NCBI GenBank assembly: GCA_963841915.1 | Contig: CAWJEN010000005.1 | Span: forward strand, 832,001-896,000 | Direction: 5' to 3' | Length of the DNA stretch: 64,000 nucleotides | Source: an uncultured Planctomycetota bacterium | Lineage (GTDB): Bacteria > Planctomycetota > Phycisphaerae > Tepidisphaerales > Tepidisphaeraceae | In this document: positions 10,867 to 20,354 of the stretch, piece by piece | Layout: each line of letters begins with the position of its first letter | Numbering within the stretch: position 1 is the first letter of the stretch | The notes under the pieces: model-generated | The model's database searches: none | What the model was told of the DNA's origin: nothing | Seen by the model: only the letters and a program-made list of their open reading frames with translations | Position numbers and translations under genes: made by a program

Positions 10867-11077
10867 GGATGTGACGTTGGAGAGGACCGAGGGCGGCCGG
10901 GGCGAACGCGTGGCGGCAGGGGGAAGTGAGTTGCGCCGGGCCAACAAGTGCGGCTCGCGACGCGTCGAGGAACGCCTTCCACGCGCCCGCCCCGGCCGTC
11001 GTCGGCGGGAGCGGAGGGAGAATGAAAACGGCAAAGGAGACGGAGCGGCCAAGGCGAACCGGTGGCTCTGGGAGGAA

Positions 11078-12694
11078 CTAATCGGGACTTGCTGCGAACT
11101 GCGGTGCTTCGTCTGTCGCGGCAGCTTCGCCGCCGTAGCCGAGCTCGCGGAGGATGACGTCCTGCGAGACACCGATGTCGCGTTTGAGCCGTGCCTGCTC
11201 AAGCCGATCGGCATCGTCGGCGGGAATCGGGTCGGGCCAGGTGATGCGGACGCGACGTTCCTGCGGCGTCGTGGCGAACAGGCCCAGCGCGTCGAGAGAG
11301 GCGAGTGCGAGCTGACAGATGTTGGCGATGCCGTTGCCGTAGTTGGCCCGCTTGCGGTCGGTACGGGCCAGCAGCGACTGGAAGGTCAGGCGCAGTGCCG
11401 AGGCGCTGGTGAGATTGCCGATGCGGCCGCGGATCGCGCCACTGGCGGCCGGGTTGACGCCGCTTGCCTTGTCGAGCGCTTCGCGTGCTTCACGGATGGC
11501 GTCGTTTTCACCGGGATTGGTTGCGCTACCACCAAACTCGAAGACGCGGGCGTCGGGGTTGTCGGCCTGCCACATCTGGCCCGGTGCGATCTTCTGGTCG
11601 AGGAAGTTGTCGATGCCGACACCGAGGTACATGCGGCTGGCCTGCAGGGCGATGCGGCCGGCGCGGTCACTGAGTCGTGTGTTGAGTTCATCCTGCAGCG
11701 GGATGAGCGGCTCGACGTCACCCGCTCCGGACCAGGCGAACGGTCGGGCAACGTTTTGCACGTGCGCCAGCGGCAGGCGGCCTAGCGGGTTGGTTCCTTC
11801 GTCCACCAGGCGGCCGTCGCGGTAAACCTGCCAGCCGCGCGGGCCGACGGCTTCGACGATGAGTGCTTCTCGAGGGTTCTTCGTCGTCGACTTCGGGAAG
11901 AAGCGGACGAGCCAGTCGCGATGGGGCGATGTCGGTTCATCGACATCGAGCGGCACGCTGTAGGCCTGCAAGTACGCGCAGGCCCGGCTGCCGTCGTCGG
12001 GGTGAAGGATTGGCAGTGACCGAGCGGGCTCGACGAGTTCGAGCCGAACGCGATTGGCCAGGGCGGTGGTTTCTGCATCGCCGTCACCGATGCCACCACC
12101 AAACGGGGCGACGTCGCAGGCTTGGATTTCAGACTCGGGCACGACCTTCACGAGCACGTCGGCTGAGCCGTAGATGCTGCCGACGAGTGCGAAGGTCTGA
12201 AGGAAGCCGAGTCCGCCGTTGCTGGCGATCATGGAGCGGAGCAGGTCACCGATGACCTTGGCTCGCTTGGGATCGGGTGCGATTGATTCGAGCGTGAACG
12301 GGCGGCCGAAGAGGAAGTCGACGTTGGTGTCGATCCTCCAGCCGATGTCGTTCTCGACGACGACCTCCTTGCGACTCATCGTTGTCGGCACGCCACCGAA
12401 CGGTTCGCGGCCGGCGGTGAAGCCGGTGATGCGGGGCGGCATGCCCCATTCCTGGGCTTGCCTGTAAGAGCGGGCCGAGCCGTCGGTCGGGGTGAAGGCC
12501 CGGTGCGGGTTGCTGTAGTACGACCAAAGGCGGCGGTAGCGGACCGCGTCATCGTCGAGCAGCTCGCGGGCGGCCTTGTCGATCCGTTTGGCGGCGGCGA
12601 GGGAACCATCGAGCATCGGGTGACCGGCGTCGGTGGGTTGGGCGATGTCTCGCAGGTCGTACCGTGGTGGTCGGTCGCTAGTTCGGTGCGGCAT
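11078..12694 (-). CDS. Phage portal protein, SPP1 gp6-like
   Basis: ENDIGWRIDTNVDFLFGRP, NPLGRLPLAHVQN...GDVEPLIPLQDELNTRLSD, SASALRL...LLARTDRKR and ITWPDPIP...GVSQDVILRELGY; start uncertain (12616-12727). Confidence 0.87.
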   Translation of the reverse strand: MPHRTSDRPPRYDLRDIAQPTDAGHPMLDGSLAAAKRIDKAARELLDDDAVRYRRLWSYYSNPHRAFTPTDGSARSYRQAQEWGMPPRITGFTAGREPFGGVPTTMSRKEVVVENDIGWRIDTNVDFLFGRPFTLESIAPDPKRAKVIGDLLRSMIASNGGLGFLQTFALVGSIYGSADVLVKVVPESEIQACDVAPFGGGIGDGDAETTALANRVRLELVEPARSLPILHPDDGSRACAYLQAYSVPLDVDEPTSPHRDWLVRFFPKSTTKNPREALIVEAVGPRGWQVYRDGRLVDEGTNPLGRLPLAHVQNVARPFAWSGAGDVEPLIPLQDELNTRLSDRAGRIALQASRMYLGVGIDNFLDQKIAPGQMWQADNPDARVFEFGGSATNPGENDAIREAREALDKASGVNPAASGAIRGRIGNLTSASALRLTFQSLLARTDRKRANYGNGIANICQLALASLDALGLFATTPQERRVRITWPDPIPADDADRLEQARLKRDIGVSQDVILRELGYGGEAAATDEAPQFAASPD

Positions 12695-13070
12695 GACCGG
12701 CCGAATGCGTTGCGCCGATTTGGCCAAATCGGCGCAACAGGCCGCGATTTTCAGAAGCGAGGGCGAATCTGGCGCAGCTACAAGGGTTCAAGCTGATCGA
12801 TGCGCGCTGCGCGTATTTGGCCGCAGACGCGCTTTACAGACTCGGCGGCCGTTGCAATGTGGCAGAACGCGTCGCGGGTACAGCACTATCGGTCGCCGAT
12901 GTGGTGTGGGCGATGGTTGATTCACGTCGCATGGGCCGGTAGGGTCGCTGTCCCGCCCGCGTCGGCTCATCTCGCTGTGCCGCACCCGAGCGGCGGCGGG
13001 CCGACGTTCCTGCCAGTTACCGGTAAGCGTCGTCTTACGGGTGATTGCCCCCGCTACCGTTCGCCGCGTC

Positions 13071-14270
13071 ATGCCCCGCGACCCGTCGACCCTTCTTAAC
13101 GTCAAGCTTGCCTCGGCCGCCGCTGCCGTCGCACTCTTCGCCTCCGTCGCCCACGGTCAGGATGCCCCTGCGCCGGTCAACGACGTCCCGACCAACGTCC
13201 GCAACAGCAGTGACGCGTCGGGGATACGTCAGCAGTTGGATGGTTTCTTTACGACGCAGGTCGGCAAGCTGCGTGGCGAGGACCACGCTGCCGCCGCCAG
13301 CGCCGGGCGAGCCATCGCCGCCGCCGCCGGTGGTGACACGAGTCCGACCTACCGCGATCAATACACCCGCGCCGCTGCCGACGCCTTGTCGCCGTTGTTC
13401 GAGGCTGGCGACACGAAGGCAGACCTGCCCGCCCGCCTGGCCGCAGCCGTGGCGATGGAGTCGGTCGCCCGTCAGACGTCCAACGCGCGCCTCATCAAGC
13501 CGGTCGAGAGCATTATCGCCGACGAGCACCCGGCGGTGGCCTTGTGGGGCATCCGCGCGTCGCAACCGCTCATCGCCACCAGCGTGCGTCAGGCCATGGT
13601 TGGTCGTGAACCGCTCGTCGAGGCCATCGTCAAGTCCGTCGAGCAGCACCCGACGCAGGGGTACATTGCCCACGAGGCGTACATCGTGCTCCGCGACGTC
13701 GGTGGCGGCGGCTTTGTCCAGGGAAATGCAGACTTTGTTGTGCCCAGTTCAGGCCGGGCGCAGGTGATCGATGCGACGCTCAGCCTGATCGAGACGCGGC
13801 TTGGCGCTTATGGCCCACCCAAGGACGTGGAGGTCAGCCCGCTGCCGCAGACGCCGCCCGTGCCGCTGGCCGAGCGACCGGCGACGCAGCTTCTGGCCAG
13901 CGGAGCCGTTTATCCGTCGCTCGACGCTGCCCAGCAGACGCGGATCCGCGTGGTGTTGCGTGACCTGGCCAAGGCCAGCGGCGAAGCGGCGGCCGTCGCT
14001 GCCGGGGCCACATCAGAGGCCGAGAGCGAAGACCGTGAGCCACTTTCGCAAGCTCGAGACGAATTACGTAACCTGCTGACAGTCACCGCACAGGCGACCG
14101 CTTCGCTTGCTGGCACGTCGTTCGAGAACAAGCCGACGGTTGCCGAAGAGGGCCAGCGAGTTTCGGAACTGCCTCGCAGTGCGACGGCTGAGACGATCCG
14201 CGAGCGGATGGAATCCTTTATGGCGTCGTTGAGCGAGGCATATCCCGATTTGCCTGCTGCTTCGGAGTAA
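13071..14270 (+). CDS. Secreted alpha-helical (HEAT-like) hypothetical protein
   Basis: Signal peptide ending VAHG-QD; Ala-rich helical repeats. Confidence 0.7.
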   Translation: MPRDPSTLLNVKLASAAAAVALFASVAHGQDAPAPVNDVPTNVRNSSDASGIRQQLDGFFTTQVGKLRGEDHAAAASAGRAIAAAAGGDTSPTYRDQYTRAAADALSPLFEAGDTKADLPARLAAAVAMESVARQTSNARLIKPVESIIADEHPAVALWGIRASQPLIATSVRQAMVGREPLVEAIVKSVEQHPTQGYIAHEAYIVLRDVGGGGFVQGNADFVVPSSGRAQVIDATLSLIETRLGAYGPPKDVEVSPLPQTPPVPLAERPATQLLASGAVYPSLDAAQQTRIRVVLRDLAKASGEAAAVAAGATSEAESEDREPLSQARDELRNLLTVTAQATASLAGTSFENKPTVAEEGQRVSELPRSATAETIRERMESFMASLSEAYPDLPAASE

Positions 14271-14323
14271 CTCCGAGTGCGACGGGTTCATCTGACGAGC
14301 CGGCCCGGCTGGCGTACCGTGTT

Positions 14324-14356
14324 CGATCCACCTTCGGGTGGATCGCTTTGTTTCTT
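14324..14356 (+). terminator. Intrinsic terminator-like hairpin with a UUCG loop
   Basis: CGATCCACC-TTCG-GGTGGATCG followed by CTTTGTTTCTT. Confidence 0.6.
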
Positions 14357-14380
14357 CACAGCCTCACGCCCCTGCCACGC

Positions 14381-16183
14381 ATGCCAAGCCCGACAAGCAC
14401 AAATCGCCGGACGTTCTCGAAGTGGATGCTCGTCCTCGCCGCCTCTCTGGCCACGGCCGGTTGCGGGAACGACTACGAGTCCGATGCCAACGGTGGTGGG
14501 GCCGGCAAGGTCGCCTCGCCCGACGCAGAGGCCGAGTTCGTCTTTGCCAACCGCGGCGAGGTCACGCAGCTCGATCCGAACCAGATGTCGTGGATGCAGG
14601 ACATTCGCGTCGGCCAAGCGCTCTTCGAAGGCGTCTACACGCTCGACCCCAACACCCTCGAGTCGATCCTGGGCACAGGCGAAGAGGTCACGCACAACGA
14701 CAATTACACGCAGTGGACGATCAAGCTCAAGCCCAACGCCAAATGGTCCAACGGCGACCCGGTGACGGCGAACGATTTCGTCTTCTCATGGCGTCGCAAT
14801 ATGCGTGAACCGGGCGATTACAGCTACCTCGTCAACGAGTACATCACCGGTGCCAAGGCGTACAGCGAGGCGTACGGCGAGAACCCAGAAGCCGCTGAGG
14901 GTGACGCCTGGAGCGCGGTCGGCATTGAAGTCGTCGACGAGCTCACGCTGGTGGTGGATCTCGATTATCCGGTGCCTTACTTCCCCGATCTGCTCGGGTT
15001 CGTGACGTACTGGCCGATGCATGAGGGCTCGATGAAGGCCTTCGAAGAGGTCGCCGACAACGGTGCGATCACGTACGACCCGTCGTTCACGCAGGCAGGC
15101 AACCTGGTGGGTAACGGCGCGTACCGCCTCGACCGCTGGGACCTCAAGCAGGGCCAGACGCTCGTCGCCAGCGAGCACTACTGGGACGCAAAGAACGTCA
15201 AGAGCAACACGATCCGCTCGCTCGACCTGCCGAACCACGATTTAGCGTTTCAGCGGTACGAGAAGGGGACGATCGACTGGATCACCGATGTTCCAGGACA
15301 GTTTGCCTCTGACATGAACGCTGCCGGCCGACCCGATCTGGAAGTCGGACCTGCGTTTGGCACGTACTTCTGGTCGTTCAACACCTCCGAGAAGCGCAGC
15401 GACGGCAGCGACAACCCGCTGGCCGACGTGCGTGTGCGTCAGGCCCTGACCGCCGCCATCGACAAGCAGGAGATCGTCAACACCATCACGAAGATGGACC
15501 AGATGCCGACGGACGTGTACGTGCCGAAGAACCAGGAGTACTTCAAGGGCTACAAGCACCCGACCACCGGCATCGCCTACGACGTTGAAAAGGCCCGCCA
15601 GCTGCTCGCCGATGCCGGCTATCCGGACGGCAAGGGCTTCCCAAGGCTCAAGTTGCTGCACAACACCGAGACCGGCAACCACGCAGATATCGCCCAGAAC
15701 CTCAACCGCCAATGGCGTGAAAAGCTGGGCGTCGAATTCGACCTCGACGGCGTCGAGATGGCCCAGTTCAAGGATCGCTACAGCCCCTCGACCGTCACCC
15801 GCCCGGACGGCACCGTCTACCTCGTGGCCGGTGACTTCGACATCGCACGCGGCAGCTGGTACGGCGACTACATGGATGTCAGCACCTTCACCGATAAGTA
15901 CCTGCCCACCAGCGGCAACAACGACGCGGTCTGGATCAACGCCGAGTACGCCGACCTGCTCGCCCGCGCCAAGAAGGAAGGCGACGCCCAGAAGCGTCTC
16001 GACCTGCTGAGTGAGGCCGAGTCGATCCTGGTGCGAGAGGTGCCGATCATTCCGCTGTTCCACTACACAAACACGTTCATCAAGGCCCCGTACGTCGAAG
16101 GCATCCCGCTGAACCCGCGGATGTTCGTGATGCTCAAGAACGTCGAAACGCCTCGCTCGACCGGCCCGGGCGCTTCCAAGTAG
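14381..16183 (+). CDS. oppA: Peptide ABC transporter substrate-binding lipoprotein (OppA-like)
   Basis: NRRTFS...LATAG-C signal; LDP, WSNGDPVTANDFVFSW, VRQAL..AID and WYGDY motifs. Confidence 0.9.
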   Translation: MPSPTSTNRRTFSKWMLVLAASLATAGCGNDYESDANGGGAGKVASPDAEAEFVFANRGEVTQLDPNQMSWMQDIRVGQALFEGVYTLDPNTLESILGTGEEVTHNDNYTQWTIKLKPNAKWSNGDPVTANDFVFSWRRNMREPGDYSYLVNEYITGAKAYSEAYGENPEAAEGDAWSAVGIEVVDELTLVVDLDYPVPYFPDLLGFVTYWPMHEGSMKAFEEVADNGAITYDPSFTQAGNLVGNGAYRLDRWDLKQGQTLVASEHYWDAKNVKSNTIRSLDLPNHDLAFQRYEKGTIDWITDVPGQFASDMNAAGRPDLEVGPAFGTYFWSFNTSEKRSDGSDNPLADVRVRQALTAAIDKQEIVNTITKMDQMPTDVYVPKNQEYFKGYKHPTTGIAYDVEKARQLLADAGYPDGKGFPRLKLLHNTETGNHADIAQNLNRQWREKLGVEFDLDGVEMAQFKDRYSPSTVTRPDGTVYLVAGDFDIARGSWYGDYMDVSTFTDKYLPTSGNNDAVWINAEYADLLARAKKEGDAQKRLDLLSEAESILVREVPIIPLFHYTNTFIKAPYVEGIPLNPRMFVMLKNVETPRSTGPGASK

Positions 16184-16196
16184 TTGAACAACCCGG

Positions 16197-16351
16197 AGCC
16201 GCGGTTCCACGGACCGCCGGCCTGATGGTCGTAAAAAATCCACGCGTGCGTCTTCCCGGAGTTGACGACGCGCAGCGGAAAACCCTCGCCGGAACCCCGC
16301 ATCCGTCGCACGAGTTGCCTCGTCAGACCAGCGGTCCGTGGGACCGCGGCT
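16197..16351. repeat. 31-bp imperfect inverted repeat enclosing ~93 bp between oppA and oppB
   Basis: AGCCGCGGTTCCACGGACCGCCGGCCTGATG versus CGTCAGACCAGCGGTCCGTGGGACCGCGGCT (4 mismatches, two of them G-U compatible). Confidence 0.7.
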
Positions 16352-16403
16352 TGTTTGCTCCATACGGTCAGCACCTCTCGTCCCTCCGTAACCGCTCCCG
16401 ACG

Positions 16404-17414
16404 TTGCTTCGCTATCTCGCTACACGCATCGCGCAGGTCCCGCTGATCCTGGCGATCATCTATGTGGCGACGGTTGCCCTCGTCTGGGTCGCGCCGGGTG
16501 ATCCGTTTGCCGCCTCGAGTGAGAAGATCTCTCAGGAAAAGGTCGAGGCCCTCCAGGAGCGGTACCACACCGACACGTTCCTCAATTTCCTGACGCACTA
16601 CGGCACCAACGCCCTCAAGGGTGACCTTGGGCCCAGCCTGAGCAGTCGCGGGTACGACGTTGTCGACATCTTGGCCGATCGGCTGCCGGTGAGTCTGGCC
16701 ATCGGTGCACTTGCGATTGTCCTGGCCACCTTCGCGGGTGTCGCCATCGGCACGTTGGCTGCCGTTCGACGCAACGGCGTGCTGGACTACATTTCGCTCG
16801 GCATCGCCCTCATCGGGGTGAGTGTGCCGAGCTTTGTCGTCGCGACCGGTTTGCTCGGTGCCTTCGCCTACAACGAGACGACCGGCTTCCTGCCGCTGGG
16901 CGGGTGGCCGGGGACAGAAGGGCGAGGGTACGAGAACCTCGAGGCGTATGGCTCGGCGGTGCCGATCATCGCAGCAACACTCGACTACCTGAACCACATG
17001 ATCCTACCGGCGGCGGCATTGTCGCTGCTGCCGATGGCCTACATCACGCGGCTGACACGCGTGAGCATGATCGACGTGCTCGGCAGCGACTACGTCCGAA
17101 CGGCCCGCGCTAAAGGCCTTGCCAAGCGGAACGTCATCTTCAAGCACTGCCTGCGTAATGCGTTCTTGCCGGTTCTGAGCTTCCTGGGCCCGGCGGCGGC
17201 GAATGTGCTCGTCGGCAGCTTCGTCGTCGAAACCATCTTCCACCTGCCGGGTCTGGGGCCCTACTTCATCCAGAGCGTGCAGTTCCGGGATCAACCCATG
17301 ATTCTCGGCACCGTGCTCGTCTACAGCATTCTTCTATTGACGCTGAATCTGTTGGTCGACGTGCTGTACGGCGTGATCGATCCACGCATCAGTGTTGCCG
17401 GAGGTGGCTCTTGA
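16404..17414 (+). CDS. oppB: Peptide ABC transporter permease (OppB-like)
   Basis: APGDP, GDLGPS and DYVRTARAKGL EAA-region motif. Confidence 0.9.
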   Translation: MLRYLATRIAQVPLILAIIYVATVALVWVAPGDPFAASSEKISQEKVEALQERYHTDTFLNFLTHYGTNALKGDLGPSLSSRGYDVVDILADRLPVSLAIGALAIVLATFAGVAIGTLAAVRRNGVLDYISLGIALIGVSVPSFVVATGLLGAFAYNETTGFLPLGGWPGTEGRGYENLEAYGSAVPIIAATLDYLNHMILPAAALSLLPMAYITRLTRVSMIDVLGSDYVRTARAKGLAKRNVIFKHCLRNAFLPVLSFLGPAAANVLVGSFVVETIFHLPGLGPYFIQSVQFRDQPMILGTVLVYSILLLTLNLLVDVLYGVIDPRISVAGGGS

Positions 17415-18418
17415 GCAGTCCCAGCACGACAATGGATGCGGTGGCCGAATACGAGGCCCCGGCTCAGCGGCTCATGACGCCGCCGCAGACCTGGTGGCGG
17501 CAGGCGCTTGCGATGCCGCGGATCACGCTCGGGGGTGGCGTGCTGCTGCTGATCGTTCTGCTGTGCGTCGGCTCGATGCCGTGGACGATCTTCTCGAGTA
17601 CCGGCACGTTCTTCTACGACGCCGCCAGTGGCCCAAACTCCAATGCCGCGCCCGCCACAGGTGGCCTTGCCGGGCTGTTCGGGTGGGACCTGCAGGCGCG
17701 CTCGATGCTCTCCCGCGTCTTGCTGGGTGGTGTTGTCTCGCTCACCGTCGGACTCTGTGCAGCCCTCATCAGCGTCATTCTCGGCGTCAGTGTCGGCCTT
17801 GTCGCCGGCTACGCGGGTGGGCGCGTAGACCAGGCGCTCATGCGGTTTGTCGACGTGATGTACGGATTGCCGTACATCTTGCTCGTCATCCTGTTCAAGG
17901 TTGCGTTGCAGTCGCCGCTGGAAACTCTGTTCGACTGGAGCGGCCTGTTCCGCAGCCCGGCCAGTGCGGCATCGCTGGCGGTGATGTTCCTGGCGATCGG
18001 GCTGGTGAGCTGGCTGACAATGGCCCGCGTGGTGCGCGGACAGGTGCTGAGTCTGCGGGAGATGCCCTTCGTCGAAGCCGCCCAGGCGGGTGGCGTGAGT
18101 CGGTTTGGCATCTTCCGTCGGCATTTGCTGCCGAACCTGGTGGGGCCGATCATGGTCTACGCGACGCTGACGGTGCCGCAGGCGATTTTGCAGGAGAGTT
18201 TCCTGAGTTTTCTTGGCATCGGCGTGGTTCCGCCGCTCCCGAGCTGGGGCAGCCTTGCCGCCGACGGGCTCGAGCCGGCGTTTAACGTGTTCCGCAGCTA
18301 CTGGTGGCAACTGGTCTTCCCGTGCGCCGCACTTGCGATCACGCTGCTAAGCCTTAACTTCCTAGGCGACGGCCTCCGCGACCTGTTCGACCCGAAGCGA
18401 GAAGGGGCGAAGCTGTGA
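17411..18418 (+). CDS. oppC: Peptide ABC transporter permease (OppC-like)
   Basis: ARVVRGQVLSLRE.PFVEAA, ESFLSFLG and GDGLRDLFDPK. Confidence 0.9.
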   Translation: MSSPSTTMDAVAEYEAPAQRLMTPPQTWWRQALAMPRITLGGGVLLLIVLLCVGSMPWTIFSSTGTFFYDAASGPNSNAAPATGGLAGLFGWDLQARSMLSRVLLGGVVSLTVGLCAALISVILGVSVGLVAGYAGGRVDQALMRFVDVMYGLPYILLVILFKVALQSPLETLFDWSGLFRSPASAASLAVMFLAIGLVSWLTMARVVRGQVLSLREMPFVEAAQAGGVSRFGIFRRHLLPNLVGPIMVYATLTVPQAILQESFLSFLGIGVVPPLPSWGSLAADGLEPAFNVFRSYWWQLVFPCAALAITLLSLNFLGDGLRDLFDPKREGAKL

Positions 18419-18449
18419 AGCCAAAGCCCGCGAAACCAACCAAGACGTC

Positions 18450-20327
18450 ATGGAAAACCGCTTCGGCCTCAAAGACTTCTTCCTCTTCGCGCTCATCGGC
18501 ATCGCGCTTGTCCTGATGGGCCTGCTGATGGTGCAAACCGACCGTCAGTGGGACGTCGTTCAAGACATTCAAGACCAGAACAATCGCCTCGCCGGCGACG
18601 TCAGTCGGCTGACCGACAAGATCAACAGCGGCAGCTTTGCCGTGTCGAACGCGGGGCAGAACCCGTCTGATGCCGTTGCATCCAGCGCCAGCTTCGGTGA
18701 GACGTTTTCCCTCATCAACGAGGCCGAAGCACAGCCGGGATTCAGCCGCGAGGGGACGTTTCTTGACAACTTTGGCACGAAGATCGGCCGCCTCACGCCG
18801 CTTGTCTCGAGCGACGTCTACCAGACGTGGGTCGAGTACCTCGTGCTCGAAAGCCTGGCCCAGCGAAACCCGCAAACGCTGGAGTTCGAACCGAAGCTGG
18901 CCGAGTCGTGGGAGATCAGCGAAGACGGCCTGACGATGACGTTCACGCTGCGCGACGGCCTGCGTTTCAGCGACGGCGAGCCGCTGACGGCGGATGACGT
19001 CGTCTTCACGTTCGACTGGATCCGCAACCCCGAGGTTCAAGCCGAGCGGGCTCGCTCGTACATGACGACGCTGTCGACCGTCGAGGCACTCGATGATCGG
19101 CAGGTCAGGTTCACGTTCACCGAACCATACTTCCTGAACTTTGAAACGGCCGCCGGTTACGGGATCATGCCGGAGCACTTCTATTCGAAGTACACGCCCA
19201 CGCAGTACAACGAGTCGATCGGCCTTCTGATGGGCAGCGGGCAGTACATGCTGCCGAACCCGACCGACTGGACGCCTGCCGACGACGTGACGCTGGTCCG
19301 CAACCCGCGTTACTGGGGTCCGCCGGCCACGCTTGCGACGATCAACTTCAAGCAGATCAGCGAGGAAGCGGTCGAGGAAGTCATGTTCCGCAACGGCGAG
19401 CTCGACCGCCTGGGAGCTACACCAGAGGTTTTCGACAAGCTCAAGAGCGACAGCGAGATCATGGCCAACAGCCAGGCCTTTGACTATCTGTCGCCTTTTG
19501 GCGGGTACACGTACATTGGCTGGAATCAGCTGTACCGCGACGACGCCGGCAACGAGACGGAGACCAGGTTCGCCGACGCTCGGGTCCGCCGGGCCCTGAC
19601 GATGCTGACCGACCGGGAACGTCTGGCCGAGGAGCTTTACCGCGGGTATGGCCAGGTGGCATCGGGTCCATTCGCCGTCGGCTCGCCGCAGGAAAACCCC
19701 TCCATCGAGCCGTGGCCGCGTGACGTCGAAGCCGCCAAGGAGCTTCTGGCCGAGGCCGGTTGGACCGACACGAACAACGACGGCATCCTTGACGACGGCC
19801 GAGGCAACGACTTCAGCTTCAAGCTCATGTACCCAGGCGGCAGTGACCTGACAGAGCAGATCGTCCTGAGCCTGCGTGACGACATGGCCGAGGGTGGCGT
19901 GCTGCTTGTTCCGGAGCGGACCGACTGGCCCGTGCTTGTCGAGCGACTGAGGAACAGCGACTTCGAGGCGGCCACGCTCGGCTGGTCGGGCAGCGTCGAA
20001 AGCGACCCGTACCAGATCTTCCACAGCGAGCAGGCCAAACCCAAAGGCGACAACCGCACCGGCTACCGCTCGCCACGCCTCGATGCCGTCATTGACGACG
20101 CGCGGACGACGGTCGACCCGGCCGAACGGATGCCCAAGTGGCATGAAGCACACCGGATTCTGCACGAGGAACAGCCGTACACGTTCCTCCTGAATCGCAA
20201 GGCCCTTCGGCTGTTCAACGACCGCGTGGGTAACGTCGAGACGAGCCCGCTGGGTCTGAACTACGAGTACCTCAATGGCGGCGTGTTGCCTTGGTTCGTC
20301 AACGACGGCCAGCAGATGACCCGCTGA
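18450..20327 (+). CDS. Second peptide ABC substrate-binding protein, with an N-terminal TM anchor
   Basis: PKLAESWEISEDGLT.TF.LR, FSDGEPLTADDVVFT and FADARVRRAL. Confidence 0.88.
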   Translation: MENRFGLKDFFLFALIGIALVLMGLLMVQTDRQWDVVQDIQDQNNRLAGDVSRLTDKINSGSFAVSNAGQNPSDAVASSASFGETFSLINEAEAQPGFSREGTFLDNFGTKIGRLTPLVSSDVYQTWVEYLVLESLAQRNPQTLEFEPKLAESWEISEDGLTMTFTLRDGLRFSDGEPLTADDVVFTFDWIRNPEVQAERARSYMTTLSTVEALDDRQVRFTFTEPYFLNFETAAGYGIMPEHFYSKYTPTQYNESIGLLMGSGQYMLPNPTDWTPADDVTLVRNPRYWGPPATLATINFKQISEEAVEEVMFRNGELDRLGATPEVFDKLKSDSEIMANSQAFDYLSPFGGYTYIGWNQLYRDDAGNETETRFADARVRRALTMLTDRERLAEELYRGYGQVASGPFAVGSPQENPSIEPWPRDVEAAKELLAEAGWTDTNNDGILDDGRGNDFSFKLMYPGGSDLTEQIVLSLRDDMAEGGVLLVPERTDWPVLVERLRNSDFEAATLGWSGSVESDPYQIFHSEQAKPKGDNRTGYRSPRLDAVIDDARTTVDPAERMPKWHEAHRILHEEQPYTFLLNRKALRLFNDRVGNVETSPLGLNYEYLNGGVLPWFVNDGQQMTR

Positions 20328-20354
20328 TTCGGCGACCTCTCGATCCACTCGCCG

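Noticed and set aside
9427..12694. Complete prophage or a classical encapsulin
   Set aside because: No integrase, terminase, tail, lysis genes or att sites; a portal is present and no cargo enzyme gene is recognisable.
12788..13105. Short ORFs upstream of the portal as a small terminase or regulator
   Set aside because: No recognisable motif or codon bias; more likely a divergent promoter region.
14292..14320. Hammerhead ribozyme-like CTGACGA plus stem
   Set aside because: The essential GAAA is replaced by GTAC and stems I and III are not convincing.
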